Notes: a model not told the origin generated them from the letters alone. Shown: positions 27,867 through 38,053, counted from the stretch's first letter. The stretch: 58,891 bases of DNA from a virus (IMGVR_UViG_3300024289_000039:1-58891); one strand, 5' to 3'. Numbers and translations are program-made.

Positions 27867-29059
27867 TAGTACGTGCCCCCGTCAACCGTCGGAATGTTGC
27901 CGAGCGTCGACCACGCCGCAGCTGTCGAGGCTGCAGTGAAAATGGCGTCGCCGACAGCCGTCGCCCCAAGATTGATTCTCGCGGCAGAGGCGGTCGTTGC
28001 ACCTGTGCCACCGTCGCTGATGCCCACAGGCAGAGAAAGCGAAGAAGAGTCGGCGTCAACGACGTTCGTTCCATCGCAATAGACGATCGCGCGCTGGCCA
28101 GACGTAAAGTTGATCCCGGTGCCCGCGGCTGTTTTGACAGTGAACGTGTACGCGCCGGTCGTCTCGTCATTGACCCAGTACTGCTGAACAGTCGAGGGGA
28201 CGATGATGTTCCGGTTGCCGGTCAGCGTGCCAACGAACTTGTAAGCGATTCGGTTGAGTTCCGAGCCGCTGAGAACGTAGTTGCCAGTCCCGCTGACATC
28301 GATCACCGTATAGTCGAACGCAAATGTTGCGCTCTGGCCGAACCCGATCGTGTAGAAATTGCTGCCATCGGTTGCGATGATCGCACTTTCCCCCGGCTGG
28401 AAGCTGAGGGACGAAAGACCATCGATCGTCGGCGAACCAGTTGGATCGGCATCAATCGCGCCTGAGCCGCTGTTGCGCAGATAAACGAACCAGTTGTCGC
28501 CGACGCTCGCAGCCGCAGGCAGCGTGAATGTTCCGCCAGCGCCAGTCCACACGAACATTTTTGCGCGGTCGGATGCGCCAGCCGTGTAGTTGCTGTTGAA
28601 GGTCGTGATCGGCACAGACTGGCTGAGCAGCGTACCAACAGCGACAATGCCAGTGCCAGCCAGTGAGGAGGCATTGACCGTAGAAGTCGTAGCTCCGTAC
28701 TGAAGGGACTGCCATGTTCCGTTGGCAGTGCTGTTGTTGGTCAGGTAAACCTGCCAGAGCGTTCCAGCAGCCACCGTCACGACCTGTGTTCCGCCAGCAT
28801 TGCGGATCGTGATCGTTTCAGCGCCAGTGTTGTTGAAAAGGATTGTCTGACCGGTGCCAGTCTTGTTCGCTGCCGGGAGGTAAATGCTGTAACCTGCCGA
28901 CGCGGCGGAAATGTCGATGATCCGAGTCGCGAGATTCTCGCTGGTCGAAGTTTCCTCCGGCCAACTCAGCGTAACGTTCGCAGACAGAGCGATTGCGCTG
29001 TAGCTGATCTCTGCCGGATAGATGTTTGCGCCTCCGAAGACGCTAGTGTACGTCGTCAT
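27866..29059 (-). CDS. Tail protein
   Basis: Thr/Ser/Gly-rich beta repeats, GGTGATTASAAR.NLG, ends DGGTY. Confidence 0.7.
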   Translation of the reverse strand: MTTYTSVFGGANIYPAEISYSAIALSANVTLSWPEETSTSENLATRIIDISAASAGYSIYLPAANKTGTGQTILFNNTGAETITIRNAGGTQVVTVAAGTLWQVYLTNNSTANGTWQSLQYGATTSTVNASSLAGTGIVAVGTLLSQSVPITTFNSNYTAGASDRAKMFVWTGAGGTFTLPAAASVGDNWFVYLRNSGSGAIDADPTGSPTIDGLSSLSFQPGESAIIATDGSNFYTIGFGQSATFAFDYTVIDVSGTGNYVLSGSELNRIAYKFVGTLTGNRNIIVPSTVQQYWVNDETTGAYTFTVKTAAGTGINFTSGQRAIVYCDGTNVVDADSSSLSLPVGISDGGTGATTASAARINLGATAVGDAIFTAASTAAAWSTLGNIPTVDGGTY

Positions 29060-29691
29060 TAGGCTTCGCTCCTATTGGCAGAACGGTCCATGATGCGCTT
29101 CAGATCCTCGCCAGAGATGGCCTGAGCTGCGCGATCATACATGGACTGCCATGTCGTGATCCGTTCGTCATTTTTCAGGAATGGGGTGGCTTCAAGCAGA
29201 GAAGCGTAAAGCAAAAGGTCCGGAGCGTATTCCGTCAGCCAGTTCGTCTGGAAGTCATCACCGAGCAAAGGAGGCTGCTGGTAATAGAGGATCTCAAGAG
29301 TCTGGGCAGAAGCAGGCGTCGGAGCGAGGATCCAGTGCTGATAGTCGTAATCTGCGTAGAACTGCGGGGTGCCAGTTTCCGCTTCGTCCGGCCAATAGGA
29401 CCGAATGTACTCATAAGAACGAGCAAAGATTGGCACATTGTCGACTGTCATCGAGACGGTGTCACGCCAGCGGTCTGGCTTCATATAAACAGGGAGGCCA
29501 GCCTGAAGAGGGGTCGTCACAGGGGTGATGAACCCCTCGATCTTCAGCTCGCGCGCGATGCGTCGTTCAGCCAGCGTGACGAGGCGTGGCAACTGCTCAT
29601 AAACGATCTGGTCGCTCTCTGCAGTGAACCCACGTTCCAGATAGCGCCGGAGATCCTCCAGCAAGCTATCGTACGTCATGGTGTAGCTCAT
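29059..29691 (-). CDS. Head-tail adaptor protein
   Basis: LAERRIAREL, GTPQFY, LAPTP, NWLTEYAPDLLLYASLLEA. Confidence 0.75.
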   Translation of the reverse strand: MSYTMTYDSLLEDLRRYLERGFTAESDQIVYEQLPRLVTLAERRIARELKIEGFITPVTTPLQAGLPVYMKPDRWRDTVSMTVDNVPIFARSYEYIRSYWPDEAETGTPQFYADYDYQHWILAPTPASAQTLEILYYQQPPLLGDDFQTNWLTEYAPDLLLYASLLEATPFLKNDERITTWQSMYDRAAQAISGEDLKRIMDRSANRSEA

Positions 29692-29790
29692 TTAGACCTC
29701 TTTTCGAGATAGCAGCTGCTACAGCATGCGTCGGATGGATTGTTCTATTATTGCCTTGAAATTGCTTCCAAGGAAACTGTTTTTAGGCAC

Positions 29791-29988
29791 CTATTTGGCA
29801 CCTTGACAGAACCCATCTCGACGAGCATTGTTGACTTTTATCTCAGTTATGGTTTGCGGGGTGTCTTTCGACGACCAAGAGATATCTCTCCAAACAGCAC
29901 AAGCTGTCGTATTAGTCTCGACGGTGCCCGTCATTTTCGAGCAGCCGCTCAGGACTAACAGCGGCATTATCACCAGCATTGATCGCAT
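29791..29988 (-). CDS. o-spanin (Rz1-like lipoprotein)
   Basis: LSGC lipobox, overlaps 3' end of i-spanin in another frame. Confidence 0.75.
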   Translation of the reverse strand: MRSMLVIMPLLVLSGCSKMTGTVETNTTACAVWRDISWSSKDTPQTITEIKVNNARRDGFCQGAK

Positions 29989-30142
29989 CTTGGACTCTCC
30001 TCAAAGCATCTTGGGTTGCCTGAGCCTGTATTTCAGCAATTGCATCAGAGCGGATTTTGACGTATGCCGCTCCGATCGCTAGGATGACTATTCCGCCAAT
30101 GGCGATGTAGCGCCCGAGTGGGCTGAACAAAAGTCCAATCAT
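29912..30142 (-). CDS. i-spanin (Rz-like)
   Basis: N-terminal TM helix + short coiled coil, directly after endolysin. Confidence 0.7.
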   Translation of the reverse strand: MIGLLFSPLGRYIAIGGIVILAIGAAYVKIRSDAIAEIQAQATQDALRRVQDAINAGDNAAVSPERLLENDGHRRD

Positions 30143-30858
30143 GAACCCTCCTCGTCAAGCCGCTGCTTGCGGAAATACCAGATTGCGCCCGCAGCTACCA
30201 CGATCACGAGACACACGATAGCCGTTGTACTCATCGCAGACAGGATGTCCCCACCCTCTTTCACGATTGGCATAACTTCCTGCACAACTGCGATAGCGCC
30301 AGCGCCACCGGCGATGACAGCACCGTTCGCCTCTTTCGACTGAACGATAGACTTCTTGGGAGCCGGGAGATCAGGCTCTGTGCGGGCTTCGTCATTGCAG
30401 ACAGGTTGGGCAGTTTCAAGACCGCGCCACAATTTGACTTCTGCGCGGCGGCGCCGCACGAGACCCGGGAGCTCTTTGCCCCCGCCCTTCGTCCACTTCA
30501 TGAACTCGGCAGGAACTTCGTCGAATTTGCCAGCGTTAACTTTCTTGAGCAGCGTAGATTTCGCCAGCGCACCAACACCCGCATTGTAAGCAAAGTCGAC
30601 AAGAGCATCGAACTGCCCTTGCGTCAACTCGACTTTCACGAGCTTCTCAACACCCTTTTCATACTGAATCATATCCCTGCGCAGGATCGCTTCAGCTTCT
30701 TCCTTCGTGATGACGAGATCTGGAGAAACATTCGGCTCTCCGGCAGAGGAGGTGTGCCCATAGCCGATCGTCCAGATGCCAGCAGGGCACCGATATGCTT
30801 TCAAGCGAAGACCTTCAAATTCTTTCACAAGGGCTAAGCCATCGGCAGACATGCGCAT
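30139..30858 (-). CDS. Endolysin, GH24 lysozyme with C-terminal hydrophobic helices
   Basis: FEGLRLKAYRCPAGIWTIGYGHT, QFDALVDFAYN, LPGLVRRR.AE. Confidence 0.93.
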   Translation of the reverse strand: MRMSADGLALVKEFEGLRLKAYRCPAGIWTIGYGHTSSAGEPNVSPDLVITKEEAEAILRRDMIQYEKGVEKLVKVELTQGQFDALVDFAYNAGVGALAKSTLLKKVNAGKFDEVPAEFMKWTKGGGKELPGLVRRRRAEVKLWRGLETAQPVCNDEARTEPDLPAPKKSIVQSKEANGAVIAGGAGAIAVVQEVMPIVKEGGDILSAMSTTAIVCLVIVVAAGAIWYFRKQRLDEEGS

Positions 30859-30868
30859 GTCGCTGCTC

Positions 30869-31339
30869 CTACTTTGTTATGTTGAATGTTAGATTGGCGT
30901 GATCTGGATAGCTTATCAGAACCTCGCCTTCAGGGCATTTGTATTTGATGCGTGCGAGGAGCGTTGCGCGCCCAACTGCGACTTTCTCTGGATTGTCGAT
31001 TGTTATCGCATATCCAAATTTGTCAACCTTTTCATTCGCCGGACCGGAGAACGTAGCGATGGAGGGATTTGCTTTGTGGACGATGTAGCGAGAATCGCGC
31101 ACCTCGAGCCGGAACTGTTCGACGGAGCAATCGTCGCGAATTTTGCGACGTGCTGCGACAACCGAGAAATCTCCGCTAGCAGGACCATCTGTGATTGTGA
31201 AATGTTCCGGAGACCATTCCAATATTGGTTTGCGGAACAACCCGAGCTTGTCGGTTGCAGTGTAGCCTCCACCGATCATCGCAAAAACTGCGGTGACTGC
31301 GCCGACAGATTTTGTTATGCGGTCGATGTCGAGGCTCAA
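30869..31339 (-). CDS. Hypothetical protein with N-terminal hydrophobic segment
   Basis: 156-aa ORF upstream of endolysin. Confidence 0.65.
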   Translation of the reverse strand: MSLDIDRITKSVGAVTAVFAMIGGGYTATDKLGLFRKPILEWSPEHFTITDGPASGDFSVVAARRKIRDDCSVEQFRLEVRDSRYIVHKANPSIATFSGPANEKVDKFGYAITIDNPEKVAVGRATLLARIKYKCPEGEVLISYPDHANLTFNITK

Positions 31340-32592
31340 GAGATGTAAATCCTTCCGTTGGACCCTGCAGTCGCAGCAGTGGAAGAGCCTGTCCCGGCTC
31401 CGGAACGATTGGCGTCTCCGCTGTTGCCGGGGGTCGTTCCGCTGCCTGCAGTTAGCGTGCCACTGGAGATGTAAGTCGCATTAACTCTTCCAGAACCACC
31501 GCCACCGCCCGACACTTGGTCGTCGCTCTGGTAAATGCCGGAGCCGCCGCCGAAATATCCGCCGCCGCCACCGCCGCCCATTGTTGAGGTCGGAGTAAGC
31601 GATCCGCCTTGCAGTGCACTCCCGTTTACAGAAGAACCGATTGCTGCATCTCCGGAACCTGCGCCGCCTGCAGTTTGAGTTCCCCCGCCACCGCCGCCGC
31701 CGTTACCGCCTCCAGCAACGCCGTTCGTGCCGCCGCCTGCACCACCATTTTCGTCGCCTCCAAAACGGCTGTTGCCACCACCACCGCCGCCGCCAGCGAT
31801 CAAAACGGAGTTAGCCTGAGTGACGCTGTTAACGAATATGCCGGACAAACCACCGCCGCCGCCGCAGTTCCATTGGCGGTCGGAGTAGTTCGTTCCAGAA
31901 CCGCCGCCGCCAAACGCCGTTCCGCTTTCAAAAATTGAAGTTGTCGTGAACAAACCGCCTTGGCCGACTCTCAAAACGAAAGTCGTTCCGGAAGTCGCAG
32001 AAAAAGTTCCGCCTGCGTAACCGCCGCCACCGCCGAATGCATTGGCAGTCGAAAATGCATTGGTCGCACCTCGTCCACCGCCAGCGCCCCATATTTTGAC
32101 AGAAGCAGAGAAATTGGTTAGCGGGACGATCGTCCAATCTCCGTAAGAAGACAAGGCAAGCGGGCCATCAGTGTCAAGATCCCAAGTTGTTTTGCCAGAG
32201 ACTGCGGGCGAAATCGTGAAAGCTCTCGTCGGTGCACTCGGCGTGACGCTGTTGCTGGCAGCACTGGAAGGACCGGTGCCAGCAGAGTTCGTAGCTCTAA
32301 CAGTAAACGTGTAAGCTGTTCCGTTTGTTAAGCCTGTAACTGTAATAGGAGAAGAAGCTCCAGAAGCGGTTATTCCTCCAGGAGAAGATGTGACGGTGTA
32401 AGAAGTAATCGCAGAGCTGCCAGTATAAGTTGGCGCTGTGAATGTAACAGTCGCTTGTGTGCTGGCAGCAGTCGCAACTCCAATGGTCGGAGCGCCGGGG
32501 AAAATTGGCCAGTTGCTTCCTTGGACATTGCGCTTAACTTTTTTAAGCGTCCATATTCCATTTGCATTCGTGGGCGAAGGAAACTGTGCCAT
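31336..32592 (-). CDS. FN3 + glycine-rich tail fibre/receptor-binding protein (paralogue 3)
   Basis: FN3 motif VTFTAP...YTVT...GLTNGTAYTFTV; poly-Gly C-terminal domain. Confidence 0.75.
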   Translation of the reverse strand: MAQFPSPTNANGIWTLKKVKRNVQGSNWPIFPGAPTIGVATAASTQATVTFTAPTYTGSSAITSYTVTSSPGGITASGASSPITVTGLTNGTAYTFTVRATNSAGTGPSSAASNSVTPSAPTRAFTISPAVSGKTTWDLDTDGPLALSSYGDWTIVPLTNFSASVKIWGAGGGRGATNAFSTANAFGGGGGYAGGTFSATSGTTFVLRVGQGGLFTTTSIFESGTAFGGGGSGTNYSDRQWNCGGGGGLSGIFVNSVTQANSVLIAGGGGGGGNSRFGGDENGGAGGGTNGVAGGGNGGGGGGGTQTAGGAGSGDAAIGSSVNGSALQGGSLTPTSTMGGGGGGGYFGGGSGIYQSDDQVSGGGGGSGRVNATYISSGTLTAGSGTTPGNSGDANRSGAGTGSSTAATAGSNGRIYIS

Positions 32593-32594
32593 CA

Positions 32595-32948
32595 TTATCT
32601 CCAAGAAAGAGTTTCTTCATCCCACTGATAAAATTGTCCATCGTTTGGTTTGGGGACAGGAGGATCCCAACGACAGAACTCTTCATTAAGAATCCAAGAC
32701 GGGTAAGGTTTGGGAGAAATGAACGCATCTCTTTCTGCATCGTAGTAGTGTCCGATGCCCGCGTAATTTTTCCTTATTTTAGAATTATAGCTCGTTTGCT
32801 TCCACATTGTCCCTGGAAACAGAGACTGGCAGAAAGCTATTCCTTTTTCTTCTGATTCAATGCCATTCTCGTCCTTCAACTCATTGTCGTGGACGACGAT
32901 CACCTGAAGGACAAAGTTGTTTTCATCTAGCTGTGCAAAATGCGCCAT
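32595..32948 (-). CDS. Putative fibre assembly chaperone/accessory protein
   Basis: MAHFAQLDENN...WKQTSYN..RKNYAGIG...PKPYPSW, follows a Gly-rich fibre gene. Confidence 0.65.
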   Translation of the reverse strand: MAHFAQLDENNFVLQVIVVHDNELKDENGIESEEKGIAFCQSLFPGTMWKQTSYNSKIRKNYAGIGHYYDAERDAFISPKPYPSWILNEEFCRWDPPVPKPNDGQFYQWDEETLSWR

Positions 32949-32957
32949 TGTCTTTCC

Positions 32958-34100
32958 TCAGAAAGTAATAGAACCAGAGCCGGTCCATCTGTAGATGCGG
33001 TAGCCGCCGGAAACGGTGTAACTTGGCGAGCCTGTCGTGGAAACTGCAGCAGAGAATGTGTCTGGGTAACGAATAATTACAACACCAGAGCCGCCATTTC
33101 CGCCGCTGCGGTCGTCGTTGCCGCCGCCGCCACCGCCGCCAGTATTTGCTGTTCCATTTCCGCCCGGATCACCGCCTGCTCCACCGCCGCCTGCGCCGCC
33201 CGGTCCGCCTCCACCTCCACTCAAACCTTCGCCACCGCCACCGCCGCCAGCGTATGTCACGCTGCTTCCAGAAATGCTGGAAGCTGTTCCTGCACCACCG
33301 GCTCTTCCAGAAGTAGAGTTTGCACCTGCAGCAGATGCGCCGCCACCACCGCCGCCCGCAGATTCGCCAGTGTTACTGCCACCGGCATTGCCTTGACCTG
33401 ATGTCCCAGCAGCACCGGAGGCATTGTCACAGCCACCGCCACCTCCGGATCCGCCGACCGCTGCCGCGACGCTACCTTGGCGAGAAGCCCCTCGACCGCC
33501 GCCTATGGAGGTTATCGTGCTGAAAACAGAATTTGATCCATTTGATGAAGCAGATGCTGGGCTGTAAATGCCTGCATTTCCGCCGCCACCGACCGTCACT
33601 GTATAAACAGTACTTCCGACAACAGCCAACCCAGTTGCGGTCCGGAAACCACCGGCTCCGCCGCCACCGGCTCGGGTCGCGCCGCCACCGCCACCGCCTG
33701 CGACAACGAGGTATTCGACCGAAGTTGGGCCAGTGTATGCGCTCGGCGTAACGCTATTGCTCGCAGCACTGGAAGGGCCAGTTCCTTGAGTGTTGGTTGC
33801 TGCTACTGTGAAAGTGTAAGCTGTTCCGTTTGTCAGTCCTGTCACAGTGATAGGCGAGGATGCTCCTGAAGCGGTTATTCCTCCGGGCGAAGAAGTAACG
33901 GTGTAAGAAGTTATCGCTGTCCCGCCGGTGCTTGCTGGGGCAGTGAATGTTACGGTCGCTTGTGCATTTCCGCCGGTTGCAGTTCCTATTGTCGGAGCAC
34001 TCGGTCTTGCAGGCCAATTAGATCCGGCGACAGCACGATATACATCTTGCTGATTCCATACATCAGAGTTTGGACCTGCTTGTGTCGGGAACTGCGCCAT
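32958..34100 (-). CDS. FN3 + glycine-rich tail fibre/receptor-binding protein (paralogue 2)
   Basis: FN3; VEYLVVAGGGGG...GGSGVVIIRY. Confidence 0.75.
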   Translation of the reverse strand: MAQFPTQAGPNSDVWNQQDVYRAVAGSNWPARPSAPTIGTATGGNAQATVTFTAPASTGGTAITSYTVTSSPGGITASGASSPITVTGLTNGTAYTFTVAATNTQGTGPSSAASNSVTPSAYTGPTSVEYLVVAGGGGGGATRAGGGGAGGFRTATGLAVVGSTVYTVTVGGGGNAGIYSPASASSNGSNSVFSTITSIGGGRGASRQGSVAAAVGGSGGGGGCDNASGAAGTSGQGNAGGSNTGESAGGGGGGASAAGANSTSGRAGGAGTASSISGSSVTYAGGGGGGEGLSGGGGGPGGAGGGGAGGDPGGNGTANTGGGGGGGNDDRSGGNGGSGVVIIRYPDTFSAAVSTTGSPSYTVSGGYRIYRWTGSGSITF

Positions 34101-34110
34101 TTAATTTCCT

Positions 34111-35370
34111 TTAAGAAGAAGCGTAAATGACGATGTAAGCAGCGCCGCCCTTGCCACCGCCAGCACCCGCGCCATTCTGAGAGCCACCGCCGCCACCGCC
34201 ACCACCGTAGTAGCTTCCAGTGCCAAAGAACCTTATGCCACCGCCTGCGCCACCACCGCCTGAATAGGTCGAATTTGAGCCACCATTGGCATTCCCGACA
34301 CTAGCCCCAGCAGTCGTTGAAGAGTATCCGTTGCCACCTGTGCCCCCGGACACACCATTGGCAGAGAAAGCAGGACTAAGATTTCCGCCATTAAATGTGG
34401 AAAGCGTAGTGCTGACGGTGCTGTTTCCACCATTTTCGCCCGCTGTGTTCCCGTAAGCACTGCCTGAAACCCAAGCGCCACCGCCACCACCACCAGCGGT
34501 TGAAACGGTGCTGTTTGAACCTGCAGTGCCTGTCGTTCCCCCGCTTCCGTCCGGATACCTTATATTTCCCGAACCGCCATTTCCACCGGCAGCAGATCCA
34601 TAAGTCCCCTGAGCTCCGCCAGATCCGCCCGGAGAAACAGTTGTAAGGTTCGAGGGGTGGCAAGGTCCATTTTGACCGCCATTAAGCGAGAACAGCAGTG
34701 TCCCGCCGGAATTGGTCGAACGAACTTCTAGATTCGGTTGGTAAAGGCCCGGATTGTTGGTTGTCGAAGAACCAGCAGGATTTGGTATCGAATAGTACAA
34801 AGTTGTCACGCCGCCCGGTATTGAAACTTCGTAGCCATTCAACTGAACAGCGCCGCCACCGCCGCCACCGCCACCGTCGTCGTTTCCGCCCCCGCCTCCG
34901 GTGCCACCCGGCGCGACGCCGAAAATGGCAACTTTAGAATAGCCGGAAACGCTAACTGTCCCGCTCGTTGCGCTGTCGCCGCCAGTGTTGAGGATTCTTG
35001 TCCAAGAAACAGCAGTCGGGGTGACGGAGTTGCTTGCGTTGCTTTCTGGTCCGGTGCCTTGAGCATTCGTAGCTTTGACAGTGAATGTGTAAGGTGTTCC
35101 TGCTGTCAACCCGGATACAGTTATTGGCGAGCTCGCTCCTGTTGCAGTTATTCCTCCAGGAGAAGAAGTAACTGTATAAGAAGTAATAGCAGAACTCCCG
35201 CTGCTCGCAGGTGCAGTAAAAGCCACGGAGGCAGAAGCTGATCCAGCCGTTGCTGTTCCAATGGTAGGCTTTCCTGGGAATTGCGGCCAGTTTGTGCCCA
35301 TGACTGCGTCACGGACATCATTGACTCCCCAGCGGCCATATGCACTTGTCGGAGACGGGAAATCAGCCAT
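34111..35370 (-). CDS. FN3 + glycine-rich tail fibre/receptor-binding protein (paralogue 1)
   Basis: FN3; poly-Gly domain. Confidence 0.75.
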   Translation of the reverse strand: MADFPSPTSAYGRWGVNDVRDAVMGTNWPQFPGKPTIGTATAGSASASVAFTAPASSGSSAITSYTVTSSPGGITATGASSPITVSGLTAGTPYTFTVKATNAQGTGPESNASNSVTPTAVSWTRILNTGGDSATSGTVSVSGYSKVAIFGVAPGGTGGGGGNDDGGGGGGGGAVQLNGYEVSIPGGVTTLYYSIPNPAGSSTTNNPGLYQPNLEVRSTNSGGTLLFSLNGGQNGPCHPSNLTTVSPGGSGGAQGTYGSAAGGNGGSGNIRYPDGSGGTTGTAGSNSTVSTAGGGGGGAWVSGSAYGNTAGENGGNSTVSTTLSTFNGGNLSPAFSANGVSGGTGGNGYSSTTAGASVGNANGGSNSTYSGGGGAGGGIRFFGTGSYYGGGGGGGGSQNGAGAGGGKGGAAYIVIYASS

Positions 35371-35723
35371 TAGGAGATCTGCTCGTAGGAGGCCACAGCT
35401 TCGAGTCGGCTATTTGCGCTGGCAGTTATGCGCAACGTATCACCTTCTTCGAGATAGATGTATTTGTTGAGCAAGTCCAAAGTCGCACCAGCAGGAACCG
35501 TCATAAGATAGGCGATTCTATATGCAACACTGGAGCGGAAAATGTCGACATTCACTGTCGCATTGTTCGTTCCGTCGATGTTCGCGACCATCAATGAATC
35601 GACCTTTAGAACTTGGTTGCTGCCGGAGCTATTGGTGATGATCGCAGTCGGCGTCGTCGTCACGACAAGAACACCTGTCTTGCCGTAGATTGCAGTGACG
35701 TTGACAATATTAGGCGCAGCCAT
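35370..35723 (-). CDS. Small beta-sandwich tail adaptor protein
   Basis: MAAPNIVNV...VANIDG...IYLEEGD...SYEQIS. Confidence 0.7.
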   Translation of the reverse strand: MAAPNIVNVTAIYGKTGVLVVTTTPTAIITNSSGSNQVLKVDSLMVANIDGTNNATVNVDIFRSSVAYRIAYLMTVPAGATLDLLNKYIYLEEGDTLRITASANSRLEAVASYEQIS

Positions 35724-35726
35724 GAT

Positions 35727-36020
35727 TTACTCCATCATCCCGAGTTGCTCTTGGAGATCAACGTCTGCGATTTCTTCAGGCGTCATATCTCTTATTTCCC
35801 AAACGTCTTTGACAATGTCTCCGTCCCACTGATACGTCGGACCACTAACGACAACCTCGTATTTCCCTGCAGCTTCTTTGCGAGAAACTCGGACGAACTT
35901 TGCAAAATCTGGTCCGGGATTCTCCGGATCGATGTGGGGAAATGCTCTGCGGAAATTGGTGCCCATGATCGGATGATCGACAGGCTGGCCATTCTCGAGG
36001 CGAATGAACATGTCGCTCAT
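35727..36020 (-). CDS. Putative fibre chaperone
   Basis: Likely start MSDMFIRL coupled to upstream Gly-rich gene. Confidence 0.6.
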   Translation of the reverse strand: MSDMFIRLENGQPVDHPIMGTNFRRAFPHIDPENPGPDFAKFVRVSRKEAAGKYEVVVSGPTYQWDGDIVKDVWEIRDMTPEEIADVDLQEQLGMME

Positions 36021-37102
36021 AGCTGCCCCACATTCGTCGAGGGGAAGGAACGAGTGATGGTCGGATTGGTCGTCCAAATGATCCGGACTGCTCCATCAGC
36101 TCCTTCGCCACCGAATCCGGTTGATGCTAAATATCCAGGACTCAAAGTGTCATAGCGGGTAGAAGAACCAGGACAGCCGCCACCGCCACCGTAAAGTCCA
36201 TATCCAGTGTCGGCATTGTTTCCGCCGCTTCTGCCGTCCGCGTATCTTCCGACTGTCCCGGAAGATCCTCCCCCGCCACCGGGGGTTGAGGAGAAAGTCG
36301 CGTAAGGAGTTTCTGTTGACGCTCCGCCAGCGCCGCTCGAACCTAGACCGAACAAGCCTGTGCCGCCCCCAGCACCGCCTGCATAACCATAGACATATTC
36401 AATGGTCCCGCCGCTGGTTGTAAAAGAAGCGAAAGCTCCTCCGCCGCCACCGCCACCGCCGCCGCCCGAACCAGAAGAGCCTGCACTAGCAGGACTTCCG
36501 CCCGCTCCGCCATTGCCAGTGTAGCCGCCCGCTCCGCCGCCGCCGCCCGCACGATAGACCTTCTCTGCAGGAACAGATGAGCCAGAATATTCCCAATTTG
36601 CGCCCGCGCCGCCTGAACCGCCGCCATCTCCTAAGAGCATTGTTCCGCCTGCACCAGAAGAGCCGCCACTGCCACCCCCAGCGCGAACAAGCTTTGTTCC
36701 GCCTGAATTGGCAACGTAGGATTCTTGGCCCGGATTGTCCCCACCATTTCCTGTTCCGCCACCTGAACCGACGAATACAGTCAACGGCTGACCCGGTGTG
36801 ACAGATATTGCATTTTTATAAGCAAGACCACCACCACCCCCGGAGTAGTAGTTTGCAGTCAACGAACCGGGGATCGGGCTATATGCCGCGATCGTATTAG
36901 GATTTTCGAAATCTGTGTACCTTGCTGGCTTGCCCCCGCCGCCGCCGCCGCCGATAGAAACAACAGAGATTGAAGTGACACCCGCAGGGACATAAAAGGT
37001 GTATGTCCCGGGAGCAGAGAAGATTTGCTCACCAAACATGTCTTCTGTCCCGAAGCCGAAACCCCGAGCAGAAGCAGCAGCGAAAGTTCCTGGAACCGGC
37101 AT
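36017..37102 (-). CDS. Glycine-rich tail fibre/receptor-binding protein (no FN3)
   Basis: PGTYTFYVPAGVTSISVVSIGGGGGG...GAVRIIW. Confidence 0.75.
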   Translation of the reverse strand: MPVPGTFAAASARGFGFGTEDMFGEQIFSAPGTYTFYVPAGVTSISVVSIGGGGGGGKPARYTDFENPNTIAAYSPIPGSLTANYYSGGGGGLAYKNAISVTPGQPLTVFVGSGGGTGNGGDNPGQESYVANSGGTKLVRAGGGSGGSSGAGGTMLLGDGGGSGGAGANWEYSGSSVPAEKVYRAGGGGGAGGYTGNGGAGGSPASAGSSGSGGGGGGGGGGAFASFTTSGGTIEYVYGYAGGAGGGTGLFGLGSSGAGGASTETPYATFSSTPGGGGGSSGTVGRYADGRSGGNNADTGYGLYGGGGGCPGSSTRYDTLSPGYLASTGFGGEGADGAVRIIWTTNPTITRSFPSTNVGQL

Positions 37103-37839
37103 CAAGCAAACCTTATTTGAGAAGCCAGAACGGTGAAAGTCGCGGAAGCAGTCTTGATGATCGTATAGGTGTAAGCATCAATGCCAGATGCAGTGCCATA
37201 CGACCAAGCAATGCCGCCTTGGTATTTCGGAGTAACGCTGACTCCATCGACCTGAACGATTGTGTTGTAGTAAGCTGTCGCACCATTCGTTGCCATGAAA
37301 ACGAGGGTTATCGACTGGCCGACGTCAAGAGCAGAGTTGAGGCTCGTCCCGCTTGATGCGCGGAAATTGATCGCCCAATTGGAGCTCGCCGCTGTCGTGT
37401 AGTAAAGGACACTCTGCGTCGTGGCATCAAAGTTGATCGTTCCTGTCGCAGCAGTCGCCGAGACAGTAACCTTTTCTGCAGCATTCGAAAGTACAGTCGC
37501 AAGCGCACTGGAGTTGCCGCTGAATGTCTGCTTCGCAGTGAACGTGTTTGCACCACTGAACGTGTAGCTGCCAGTCGGACGGACAACATCCCCGAAAGAA
37601 AGCGTGCCAGAAGCGTTCGTCAGGATCGCTTGGTTCGCTGTTCCATCTGCAGTCGGATACGTCAGACCCGCAGGATTATTTATCAGCTTCGTAACTGTTC
37701 CGGAAGAGTTCTCCATGTAAACAGAAACGTCAGCAAGGTTCAGCGCCAACTCGCCCGGATTCAAATTGCCAGACGCAGGAGCAGAGCCGGGGGTGGTCGT
37801 GCGGTAGTGCTGGATAACGGAGTAGGTTGCTTGAGCCAT
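37102..37839 (-). CDS. Tail fibre protein
   Basis: N-terminal LNPGELALN domain; C-terminal DAYTYTIIKT...VLASQ. Confidence 0.7.
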   Translation of the reverse strand: MAQATYSVIQHYRTTTPGSAPASGNLNPGELALNLADVSVYMENSSGTVTKLINNPAGLTYPTADGTANQAILTNASGTLSFGDVVRPTGSYTFSGANTFTAKQTFSGNSSALATVLSNAAEKVTVSATAATGTINFDATTQSVLYYTTAASSNWAINFRASSGTSLNSALDVGQSITLVFMATNGATAYYNTIVQVDGVSVTPKYQGGIAWSYGTASGIDAYTYTIIKTASATFTVLASQIRFA

Positions 37840-37840
37840 T

Positions 37841-38053
37841 TTAGCCTCCGAAAACTATCGCCATCGCAATAGCTTTCCCTGTGGAAACACCACTCGAATA
37901 TTCGACGACAGTGCCACCAGAGTTCTTGTAGAAAATCTTGCCATCTGCGATGTTGATTGCCAACTCGCCATTCGCAAGATTTCCTGCAGAAGGAACAGAG
38001 CTTGGTGTTGTGCTGTGATAAAGCTGGATGGTCGTCTCGTTGGTCTGAGCCAT
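37841..38053 (-). CDS. Short tail fibre adaptor
   Basis: Shares N-terminal domain with 37102..37839; ends GKAIAMAIVFGG. Confidence 0.7.
   Translation of the reverse strand: MAQTNETTIQLYHSTTPSSVPSAGNLANGELAINIADGKIFYKNSGGTVVEYSSGVSTGKAIAMAIVFGG

Noticed and set aside
31480-36960. GCC/CCG-type microsatellite runs
   Set aside because: Explained by poly-glycine coding in fibre genes
31336-37102. Diversity-generating retroelement or invertase shufflon acting on fibre genes
   Set aside because: No reverse transcriptase, no adenine-specific TR/VR pair, no recombinase; all paralogues are co-oriented and full length
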